A stretch of DNA of 62,866 bases, filler included, from Vannella sp. (Eukaryota): assembly GCA_023345925.1 (NCBI GenBank). It is 6 parts of 6 records of this genome, joined end to end, with 100 filler letters (N's around TTAATTAATTAA, not from the genome) between each part and the next. Parts side by side here need not be neighbours in the genome. Positions count along the whole stretch, not along the records: positions 1 to 15,031 come from JAJQQN010000277.1; positions 15,132 to 20,665 come from JAJQQN010000899.1; positions 20,766 to 30,215 come from JAJQQN010000681.1; 3 more parts are not named here. One strand, 5' to 3'. A program made the position numbers and the translations under genes. Of this stretch, positions 12,533 through 22,433 are shown piece by piece. The notes below the pieces were generated by a model. The model ran no database searches. It was not told where the DNA came from and worked only from the letters and a program-made list of their open reading frames with translations. Positions within the stretch are counted from its first letter, which is position 1. Every line of letters starts with the position of its first letter.

Positions 12533-13456
12533 ATGGGGTGGGTCGTTCGCTCTCCGAGCCTTCCTCCGCTACCTGCGGACTTCGTGGCGTCGTATGCAAC
12601 AAGCTTCGAGTCTCTGAGAGAGTTCTATCGACAGTCAAAGAGGCTTCTCGTCCTGACTGGAGCAGGGATTAGCACGGATAGTGGGATCCCAGATTACCGC
12701 TCACCAGGACGTCCAGCAGCCAATCCCATCATGTATCACCAGTTTGTACGATCACAGGAAGTCCGCAAACGATACTGGGCCCGAGGAATGATGGGCTACC
12801 TCAACTTCGCTTCCTGTTCTCCCAATGCAGGCCACGTAGCCGTCGCAAACATGCAGCAAGACGGCCCCTGTCACGCTGTCATCACCCAGAACGTAGATGG
12901 CTACCACCAGGACGCAGGAGCCACGAACGTGCTCGAAATCCACGGAAACCTCCATCGCGTGGTTTGCCTCGATTGCGGCTCCCGGGGGCCTCGTGCAGAG
13001 CTCCAAGAGCGTATGATAGCATTGAATAGGTCCTTCTACGACCTTCTCATGGCCCAAGCAGAAGGAATGAAGCGGTTCCCGGACGAGGGAGTCGAAAAGG
13101 AAGTTATGAAACCCGACGGCGACATTGATCTAGCCGTTGATGATTTCAGTGGGTTCATCCTCCCTCGTTGCTTCCGTTGTGATAGCGTCAACGTCGAACC
13201 GGACATTGTGTTCATGGGAGGCAATATCAAACCTCAAGTCACTGAGACTGCCACTCGGCTTGTCGAAGAGAGCGACAGTTTACTGGTTATTGGGAGCACG
13301 CTGGTGGTGTATTCCTCATACCGTCTTACAAAGCTGGCGAAAAGCCTCCACCAGCCGCTCGCTATCATCAATCGAGGCCAAACTCGTTCCGATCCTCTGG
13401 CGGATATCAAACTGGAAGAGTCCATCGCTCCCCTCCTTCAACAGCTCTTATCCTGA
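12533..13456 (+). CDS. SIRT4: NAD-dependent deacylase, class II sirtuin (SIRT4-like)
   Basis: LTGAGISTDSGIPDYRSP, RKRYWARG, ITQNVDG, EIHG, CxxC...CxxC, KPDGD, GSTL and IINRG. Confidence 0.9.
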   Translation: MGWVVRSPSLPPLPADFVASYATSFESLREFYRQSKRLLVLTGAGISTDSGIPDYRSPGRPAANPIMYHQFVRSQEVRKRYWARGMMGYLNFASCSPNAGHVAVANMQQDGPCHAVITQNVDGYHQDAGATNVLEIHGNLHRVVCLDCGSRGPRAELQERMIALNRSFYDLLMAQAEGMKRFPDEGVEKEVMKPDGDIDLAVDDFSGFILPRCFRCDSVNVEPDIVFMGGNIKPQVTETATRLVEESDSLLVIGSTLVVYSSYRLTKLAKSLHQPLAIINRGQTRSDPLADIKLEESIAPLLQQLLS

Positions 13457-14461
13457 CCTTTATGAATCCTTCTTTGTACCCTTCTTGAGCGTTCACCCTC
13501 CTTTGGGTGAGATCCTTTCCTTCTCGAACATTCCAAAGATGACTTGACCCATGTCAGGCTTCTCCTCCCTGTCCAAGGGATGAGGCAGAGAGTCGAGGGT
13601 ACGATAGAAAAGTCGTCTAAACGGAGCTCAGACTGGGTGGGAAGAAAGAGGCCGGGAGCGGGCTTCATTGGCGTTCATTGGGATGCCCTTTTGTGCTCCC
13701 AAGGCTGAAACAACAAGAACAACTCGGTCTCGGTCATGGCAATGACTACCTGCGACCAGTAGGGGTCCTGTGGGAAGCCTCCTTTGCGAGTTGATGAGAA
13801 TCACTACGTCAAAGAGGGCAGCCTGGCATCGAAGAAGCCCTGTAGAACAGTGTTCTATCACCAACACCTTCAGGTGCCTTTGTTTGATTGGGCTGGTGAA
13901 CATCAACGCCCCCGTTGCGCTTCCAAAGTACTCTGCAACGGAATGAGAACCATTTGGATGGGCCCAGCAGCTCAGGTACTCCACATGCGATTGAGATACT
14001 TGCTGGATCGTATCGTTAGAGCAGTTCTGAAGGAAAGGCGGATGAACCTTTGAAGTCGTGCGCTTGCAGGACACTCCGGGGATGGGGGAGCTTCCTCTGA
14101 TCCCATCTCATTCGATCAGATCAGATCATTCCTGCTTCGGCTGGGACCAGTTTCTAGAACCAGTAGCGCTGCAGAACCGAAAGAGCTCCTGGTTCTCGCA
14201 GCCTTTGCTGGCATCAAACACCGCCCCCCGTTCAGAATCTCTCCCAAACAATAACTTTTTCTGTTTCCCCCCTTTTTGGCCGCTTTTAATGCTCCAGAGC
14301 CTCTTCAGGCATCCCCTTTCCTCATTTCTTTCTCTTGGCTTGGCATGGGGTCTGAGTTCCTCAACTGGGAACATGGGCTCGCCATGGGGTCTGAGTTGGC
14401 AGTTGTTAGAGCCTTTGTAGAAGCTCATCCTCAGATGCAATCAGGTGTGTTCTGGCTCTTG

Positions 14462-14783
14462 ATGGGGAAGGAGAAGGAAGAAGAGGAAGAGGAGAAGGAG
14501 AGGAACTCACCATAATGGGGATGCTTTCAGAGAGTAAGTGACTGATCCATCAGCCCCTCTCATTCCTTTTGATGTCTGCTTCCCTCTCTTTGGAATGGGG
14601 GTGGAGAAGGAGAAGGAAGAAGAGGAAGAGGAGAAGGAGAAGAACTCACCATAATGGGGATGCTTTTAGCAAGTAAGTGACTGATCCATCAGCCCCTCTC
14701 ATTCCCTTTTTGATGTCTGCTTCCCTCTCTTTGGAATGGGGATGGAGAAGGAAGAAGAAAGAAAGGAACTCACCATAATGGGG
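14462..14783. repeat. Imperfect tandem repeat, ~124-139-bp unit, ~2.4 copies
   Basis: GAACTCACCATAATGGGG recurs at 14503, 14642 and 14766 with near-identical intervening sequence. Confidence 0.9.
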
Positions 14784-15031
14784 CAGACGCCTTTGGATGC
14801 GGCCCTCGAAAAGGGACACAACGAGATCATTCAAATGCTGGTGCGAAAGGGAGGAAATTGCCTTGAGGTGTGCGAAGAAAAGGGAGAAAGGAGAAAACTC
14901 ATGAGAGGGCAGCACCAAGCCAAACTGGACCTCTTCTTGGCAAGCAATCCGATGGCAATGTGCGAGCCCGCTGCCACCAACCTGCAGAAGGCTTTGGGGG
15001 TTTCTGCTCGCATAGCTTCCACACTGGTAGC
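14778..15031 (+). pseudogene. Ankyrin-repeat gene fragment abutting the tandem repeat, running into the contig end
   Basis: GQTPLDAALEKGHNEIIQMLVRKGG is one canonical ankyrin repeat; no convincing upstream coding sequence. Confidence 0.5.
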
Positions 15032-15131
15032 NNNNNNNNNNNNNNNNNNNNNNNNNNNNNNNNNNNNNNNNNNNNTTAATTAATTAANNNNNNNNNNNNN
15101 NNNNNNNNNNNNNNNNNNNNNNNNNNNNNNN
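15032..15131. other. Artificial contig linker (N44-TTAATTAATTAA-N44)
   Basis: Six-frame stop palindrome between N runs, identical at five sites. Confidence 0.98.
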
Positions 15132-15686
<555 letters not shown>

Positions 15687-15923
15687 GGCAGCAGGCCAGC
15701 GAGAAAATGAAACTTCCGCCTCTCACTGGCAGCGCCCCCAGCTTAAGATGGGCCCTTATCACGATAAAGGAGAAAGATAACATCCCCTTTACACTCCTCC
15801 CACCTTCCATGGAGGCTTGCGAGGACAACAGGAAGAGAGTAGGAGCAAGTCACTTCCATTGGTACAAAGATAATGCATTGGGAGCTCCTATACTCGCTTC
15901 TATAGTGCTTTAAACGCTCTCAG

Positions 15924-16962
15924 CTAGGTTCTGGAGTCTAGCCAGGGAAGAGAGAAGCCCATTCGCGTGAGAGTGTGGACGGGGAGGGCATAAACTGGGT
16001 CGATTGCAAGGAGTCCGGGGTATTTGAGGAAGCTGAGACCTGCTAGAGCAAAGAAGGTGTGGAATACATCAACCATATCCCCTGGACGATCAGCAAAGCC
16101 GCCTGATTCAGTATCTTGGCACTTGAGAATCCATTCTTTCAGCTTCTCCCCATCAATCCAGTGGTCTCTGTTGATGCTACATAACGTAGAGAGGACCCAC
16201 CACGAGTAGCATACGTCTGGTAGCTTCTCAGGGCGGCCATTCAGCCCTCCTTCCGGAAGTTGGCGCTCGGCCAACCACCATCCCAACAGATCGACGTCCA
16301 CCATGTCCAGACGGTCTGTGATAGCTAGTGCACCAACACAACAGAAGGTTTGACCTGCATGAGACTCTGCCCCGGGTACACACCCGAAAGCACCGTCAAA
16401 GTTCTTGCATTCACAGATCCAAGAGACCGCCTTGTCCACGTTTAAGGCATCAAGACGGCCTAGAAGCTTCATGCATGAGAGGGCACAGTAGCTGAAGCGG
16501 GAGTCGATCTCCCCCCACTTGTCTCCGAAGAAGGAGCCGTCCTCTTGTTGAAGGCTGCTCACGAGTGTGGGAGTTAAGGAGGAGAAGAGAGTGTTTGAGG
16601 AGAGGAAGAGAGAGAAGAAGTAGGAGGATATAGCGTACGATCTTCTCAGCATCGAGGAGGTCCACAGCATCGAACAGGCACATAATCTGCACGGCAGAAA
16701 GGGTGTAGAGCAGGTGAGGGTCGTGTCCGTGGTTCCCAGCAAAGCCACCACTTTCATGAAAGCATGATTGAACAAAGACAATCGCCTCATCACGGCTCAT
16801 CTCCCCCAAACCACCCAAAAGATCCATCGCAGTCAACCCCCAGTACGCCCCGCTCATCCTCAAGTGCTCCAGCGCCCAGTAGCTGAACTTATCCTTCTCC
16901 TCATTCAACCCCTTGATGTACGTCTTCGTCAGGCCCTCTCGCAGCTCCCCAAAGTCGCCCAT
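15924..16962 (-). CDS. RABGGTB: Rab geranylgeranyltransferase beta subunit; one intron near 16560-16637
   Basis: [64 protein letters not shown] and DVFHTFF. Confidence 0.96.
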
Positions 16963-17045
16963 CCCGTGCCCGCCCGACCAGGAAGAGAGGAAATGGTCCC
17001 AAAAGGGGGTCAAAGTGATGTTTGTTGAAGTGACTTGGGCGGATG

Positions 17046-18782
17046 CTAAGCTTCATCAGCGCGGGTGAGGTAGAGGGCATCCATGTAGCCAGTGAGGATG
17101 TCCTTCAGTGGACCCACCGAGTGGGCATCGGCCAAAGTGGCCGCCATGCCATAGACACCTGCCATCCCGCCAGCAAAGTTCTCTGGGTGCTCGAGGACAT
17201 CGCGAGCAGACTCAGCAAGAGCTTTGACGTAGTCAGCTGCGTTGAAATTGCGCCGGGAGCCGATTTGGATGTTCAAGCAACGAGGGCGTTGCATCCGGTT
17301 GACTGTCCACCCTCGGTTCAGCATGGCGTCACCAACCTTGTAGATATCAACAACGTGGGAGGTATAAGCTACAATACAGCCATCAGGCTCGACCATCAGC
17401 TCCAATTCCGGGATTGACTTGATGCTATTGACCTTTCAGTAATGACTTCAAACCGCCCAGACTCCTCACTTACCCATTCACAACTGTGTTAAAGGCATCC
17501 AGATAGTGTTGGGTGCTCTCTTGGTAGCCGTTCTTTCCCATATGAGCAAAAACAGCCCACGCTCCGGCCATGGGCCCTCCCGCTCGGCTTCCTTGAACCG
17601 CCGGGGAGCAATAAAGTCCTCCGCTCCAGTCACAATAAGCAAAGAACTGGAACTTACGGTACTCCTTGTTCCTGTAGAGTACTACTGAAGCTCCTTTAGG
17701 AGCAAAGCCGTACTTGTGGAGGTCAGCACTGATGGAAGTGACCTGGCGAAGGGGTTAGAAGTCTTGGGAGGTCGAAAAGAGGCGACATTCGCTCACCCTT
17801 GGCACTGCAAAGCTCCATTGGCGCTGAAGTTGACCAGCTTGCTCTACCCAAGGGAGGATGAAGCCTCCTAAGCACGCATCAACGTGGAATCCAGCGGGGT
17901 GGTCGCCCAGGGCGGCTGCCATCTCCTCCACTGGGTCGATGACACCGTGTGGGAACGTGGGGGCGCTGGCGACGACCATAACAGTGTTCCGAGTTAGCTT
18001 CTTCTTCATGTCACTGACATCTGCTCGCCAATCGGCCGTTGAGTCGACAAAGACCAACTTCATACCAAAGTAGTGACCGCCTTTGATGAAAGCGGCGTGT
18101 GCGGACTCGGGAAGGAGGATTTCAGGCTCTGTTATACCGTAAAGTGTTCTTCCTCGATCACGGTAGGCTTTCATAGCGCAGAGGATGCTGGTTTTTGCGA
18201 GTAAGGACAGGAAAAGGGCGAATTCGCACTCTCTTACCTCTCAGTGCCTCCGCTTGTCATTGTACCGCATGTTTGAGCGTCTCCATGCATTAGAGAGCAA
18301 GCCATGCGTACTACTTCTGCTTCTACCTTGCGTAAACCGGGGAAGGTGGTGGGATAGAGCCCATTCGAGTCGCAATAGAGCTCCATTGCGCCCTTTTCTA
18401 CCTCCTCGATGTTCTTGTAGTCAGTGTAGATGCCTCCAAAGGACTTTCCACACTTGTATCCTTCTTCCTTGTCTCTCCATTCCTTCAAAATAGCCAGCAC
18501 GCGCTCCACAGGCAGTCCCTCGACAGGAATCTCCTCCATTATGTCAAGGTCTACGACTCCCTTGAAGAGATCTTGGCGGATAGACTTGATAGCATCGTTC
18601 TGCTCCTTCTCCAACAGTTGCTTGGCGCCAGGAATGACCTGAGCTGCATCAATGGTCAAACGCGTAAGGTTATTGATCAAACCGCCTCTCAACAAGCCTC
18701 GTGTGACATAAGCAGCACCCAAGATGACTACCAAGTGTTCCACCCACAAGTACCACGGCTGCTGGGGCCATGCCGAGGACAT
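17046..18782 (-). CDS. SGPL1: Sphingosine-1-phosphate lyase (PLP-dependent); multi-exon
   Basis: N-terminal TM, GTMTSGGTES, SAHAAF, SAPTFPHGVIDP, HVDACLGGF, SISADLHKYGFAPKG and AGVYGMA. Confidence 0.93.
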
Positions 18783-18856
18783 CAGAGCGAAATGGAATGA
18801 AGAAAGGGAAAACTCGCGGAAATTTCCGATTCCGTTGACGCCAGCGCTCTTTAGGT

Positions 18857-20576
18857 TCATTCTTTCCTGTTCTCTTCGTTGCTGTACTCGAAGGAGCGAC
18901 GGGCTTTAGCCTTGCGGTTGGCAAGGGCCTTCTCAGAAGCCATTATTCGTTCTTTTCGGGCAATCCGGGCTCGGACAGCTTTGGGGAGGACGGAGAAGTC
19001 AACGTTGGTTGGCTTCGCGTCTTTGTCAAGGAGGAATAGAGCTCTGCTGAGAGCTGCTTGTGCGCCAATCTCGGCAATCAGGCGAGAAGCTGATTTCTGG
19101 AAGTGATCTTCGACTGAACCGTGTACTGCCTTGATTTTCTGCTCCCTTGGGTGAGTTTAAGGTCTAGGTTTCCGTATCGAGTTACGCACGCGGATATTAG
19201 AGCTAACCATGGCTTCCTGGTTCTCCTCGTCGCTTGGGCAGAGATGGGGAGTGATGGGAACATGATATTGAGTGCGGAGTGTCTCTAGTAAGGGCTCGTC
19301 TTCCTCGTAATGAAGCAGAATAGACTTGCTCTGGAAGCGAGAGTCATTCTTACCGCCCATTTTCCAAGAGCGGTGAAGGAAATTCCCCAAACTCCTCAAA
19401 GGCAATCTGTACTGGACACAAAGAGAGCACCCTTTGATGTCATTCTCCAACAGCAAGGCATCAGTACAAAGCAAAACCTCAGCATAACCTTGTACAAAGG
19501 CCCCAAAACGCTTCCTGCGTTCTCGGGGATCCAATTGGGAGTGGAGAATCTCCACATTATAGTTCCTTTCGTTCATCTGTCCATCAGATGAGTGTCACTG
19601 AAAGAGAGAACCAAAGAAAATGCCTTACAAACTGAGCCAGGTCCTCCAGAAGCTCAACTGAATTGAGGAAGAGAATAGTCTTTCCTTTGTGGTGGAGATT
19701 GAGGACTCGGAAGAGACATTCAAAGCGGTCTGCCTCATCCACAAGGATAGATTGATACTCTATATCAAGAGCTGGGGTAGCTGATGACTGCAGGGGCTTC
19801 AAGTTGATATTCCAGCGAGCAGGAAGAGTCTCTTGGGCGAAAGAAAGGAGGGATTGGCTCAGCTCTTGCGTGAACAGGAGCGTCGAATGCTTTTGTTGAA
19901 GAGACTGGCAGATAGATAGGAGCTTTGTCGCTCCTTCTGGCTTCTGGACGAGGACATCTGTGAAGTGGAGGACCAAAGAATGGATCCGATCCAACGTTGA
20001 TCCTTGCCGGAGCTCCTCGTACTCATTAGGAGTCAGAATGATCAATCTGGTGGCTTTGGTAACACTTTGAGCTTGACTAGACTGCGTCTTGCCCCCTAAA
20101 GCGGCGACAAAAGCGACATCCTCGCGCTTCGGCAGCAGGGAGACGCTCAAATCATAGAGGATATCTACCAGCTGGGGTGTTGGTGTGATCACTAGTGCAC
20201 AAGGCTGCTTGCTGCTAGCAGGCTTGCTACTGTGGAGGAAGAAGAGGCTGTCTACCAACGGCAAAAGGAAGCAGAGGGGATGGCGTGGGTGAGTTAACCG
20301 ATCGTGAATGAGATACTCGAGGGATCGGGACTTGCTCTGTGGATCTGGAAGGAGAGAAGTGTGCCCAGCAATGAGGGGAACGAGGACGTCCTCCGAAATA
20401 CTGGCTTCGAAGATGGCTTCGGCCCGTTTCATGAGAGGCTCTCGTAGCCTTTGCACCAACCCGTCTGCAATACCCATCTGCCCATACTTGATGACTCTCT
20501 GCTTGGCCACTCCAGCCACTTGGATCCTCCAAACGCTGGCACTTCGAGCCCACCTCGACCCCGCACCCAGCAACAT
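18857..20576 (-). CDS. Degenerate DEAD-box helicase-like protein (probable pseudo-enzyme, likely organellar)
   Basis: Motif order is preserved (FLLPLV, LVITPTPQL, ALGG, IILTP, TILFLNS, ILHSQL...R, VLLCTD, FLHRS), but the GKT and DEAD motifs are absent. The C-terminal FQKSASRLIAEIGAQAALSRAL resembles the DDX21-type linker. Confidence 0.75.
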
Positions 20577-20596
20577 CAAATACCACAAAAAATGAG

Positions 20597-20665
20597 CTAA
20601 ACCCTCACCCTTAGCCCTAAACCCTCACCCTTAGCCCTAAACCCTCACCCTTAGCCCTAAACCCT
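20597..20665 (-). repeat. Perfect 20-nt tandem repeat of telomere-variant units (TTTAGGG-CTAAGGG-TGAGGG), ~3.5 copies to the contig end
   Basis: The plus strand reads (CTAAACCCTCACCCTTAGCC)n. Confidence 0.92.
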
Positions 20666-20765
20666 NNNNNNNNNNNNNNNNNNNNNNNNNNNNNNNNNNN
20701 NNNNNNNNNTTAATTAATTAANNNNNNNNNNNNNNNNNNNNNNNNNNNNNNNNNNNNNNNNNNNN
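20666..20765. other. Artificial contig linker
   Basis: N44-TTAATTAATTAA-N44. Confidence 0.98.
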
Positions 20766-20766
20766 C

Positions 20767-22065
20767 TTCAGTAAGGTCACTTGTTTGAGCCAAGTGGTGG
20801 AGGAGATGTGCCCGCTTCTGGGTGTGGAGATTGAGGACATCCGTGTCTGGGATTTCATCAACAAGAAGCAATCACAGCTCTTGGATGACATGACAAAGAC
20901 TCTCTCGCAGTGCACTATCATCACTAACCAGCACATCCTCTTGGAGGAGAGGTTGGGAAACGGTCAATGGCCTGAACCCCCTCTCACCACCAGTTACACC
21001 AGCCCTTACACCTCCGGATACGGATCCAGCTATTACAGATCCGGCTATGGCAAGGCTAAGCCATACGGAGAGACTTCCTCGTCAGTTCCAGGAGCGCCTT
21101 GTGCATTGGAAACTGATTTCAAAGAGTCAGGCACCAAAAAGCGTCTGGGCAATGTAAGGGATATTTTTCGAGGATTGGGAGCCTCCCCTCGTGTGATTGC
21201 AGCTCTAGCCTCCATACCGAAAGGAACAAGAGAGCAAATGATCCGATGGTTCGAGAGTGGGCGTTTGCCGTGCTCTTTCTCAGAGAAGCCTCTTTGGAAG
21301 CCTGTCCTCGGATACTTAGAAGCCTTTGCTGAGGAATTGAAACGAAAGCGGTCGGCCATTGCGGAGGAGCATCAGAAGATGACAGAGGCCTTCCAATCCG
21401 CTCAAGCAGCTCAGCAGACAATCCAAGAGCTTCAAACGCAAGTTTCTCAATTCCAAGAGGCGCAGCACTTTCACTCCAACCGGAAGAATGCCCTTCTTGG
21501 AGAACTGGAGGAATGGAAGCAAGTAGACGTGTCGGCTCTGAAGGCCTTCACTCAGTCCGCTGTGCAGTTGGAGAGTGAGCTGGTCGGTAAACTTGAAGCC
21601 CAACTTTTGGTAGACCGAGAGGCTTTGCTATCTCTGGAGCAGGCAGGAGGCCCGAAGCTCGGGTTGCTTTTGAACTGCTTCGGCGCCGAGGCAGAAACGA
21701 TTCAAGAGCTTGGAGACCTTTGGAGTGTGGACTTGGCCATGCTAAATGGGGAGGAAACGCGGTCACAGTTGGCCAACTTGCCAAAAGACCAACAGACTGT
21801 TGTCCTCTACACCCAAGAGAGACTCATTCATGGTAAGCTACCCTTCGGAAGCCATGATTGTGCTCTTTGTGAGTGCGAAACTGCTGAAGAGATGGCTGCC
21901 TTCCTGCAAGAGCGGGGCATTCAGCATGTCACAGCCGATCTTATTCGCCAGACCGGTGCTTCTGGGCGCGGATCACTTTTGTTCTTGACATCTGAGGAGC
22001 TCTGTTTGGATCGAACTCAGCAACGCACATTGAATCAAGCCAGGGCAGATCATTATAGAGGATAG
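20767..22065 (+). CDS. 5'-truncated protein: USP4/11/15-type Ubl domain fused to a coiled-coil region and an unknown C-terminal domain
   Basis: FSKVTCLSQV...DIRVWDF...LLDDMTKTL...QHILLEERLGNGQWP matches the USP15-type Ubl. No catalytic GLxNLGNTC box follows. Confidence 0.6.
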   Translation, partial: FSKVTCLSQVVEEMCPLLGVEIEDIRVWDFINKKQSQLLDDMTKTLSQCTIITNQHILLEERLGNGQWPEPPLTTSYTSPYTSGYGSSYYRSGYGKAKPYGETSSSVPGAPCALETDFKESGTKKRLGNVRDIFRGLGASPRVIAALASIPKGTREQMIRWFESGRLPCSFSEKPLWKPVLGYLEAFAEELKRKRSAIAEEHQKMTEAFQSAQAAQQTIQELQTQVSQFQEAQHFHSNRKNALLGELEEWKQVDVSALKAFTQSAVQLESELVGKLEAQLLVDREALLSLEQAGGPKLGLLLNCFGAEAETIQELGDLWSVDLAMLNGEETRSQLANLPKDQQTVVLYTQERLIHGKLPFGSHDCALCECETAEEMAAFLQERGIQHVTADLIRQTGASGRGSLLFLTSEELCLDRTQQRTLNQARADHYRG

Positions 22066-22433
22066 TCCCAACCAATGTCCATTTGAGCCTTCGAAATAAA
22101 CATTCAATGACGGAAGGAGAATGAAAGGAGGACCTGGCTTTGAAGGATGACCTTCTTTTAACCTTTTGCGCAGTGGAAAACGACTTGGTCGCCTCCCACA
22201 AAACCCAAGACTCGTTGCAGCAACCGGAACTTGGAATGCTGCTCTGTCGACCAGTGGTTTGTGATTTGAAGGCAGCATTTCATTTCCTGTCGGTTGTTGT
22301 CTCCCATTGTGGATTCCAGACTCAACCTCGTGATAACACTGTCTCCTTTATAAGGCATCTCTTCGGTCTAACCAGATTTCCATAGGTAGGGGAACAGCAA
22401 TGTCTTTTGAGGCAAGATAAGCGGAGAATAAGT

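Noticed and set aside
13628..14440. Several 90-150-aa ORFs between the sirtuin and the tandem repeat
   Set aside because: No recognisable motifs or consistent splice model; left unannotated.
14462..14783. CRISPR-like repeat-spacer array
   Set aside because: The intervening sequences are near-identical rather than unique spacers, the context is eukaryotic, and there are no cas genes. The PD-(D/E)XK protein lacks the Cas4 Fe-S cysteines.
20597..20665. True chromosome telomere
   Set aside because: The strand orientation is opposite to that expected at a right-hand end, and the unit is a composite 20-mer.
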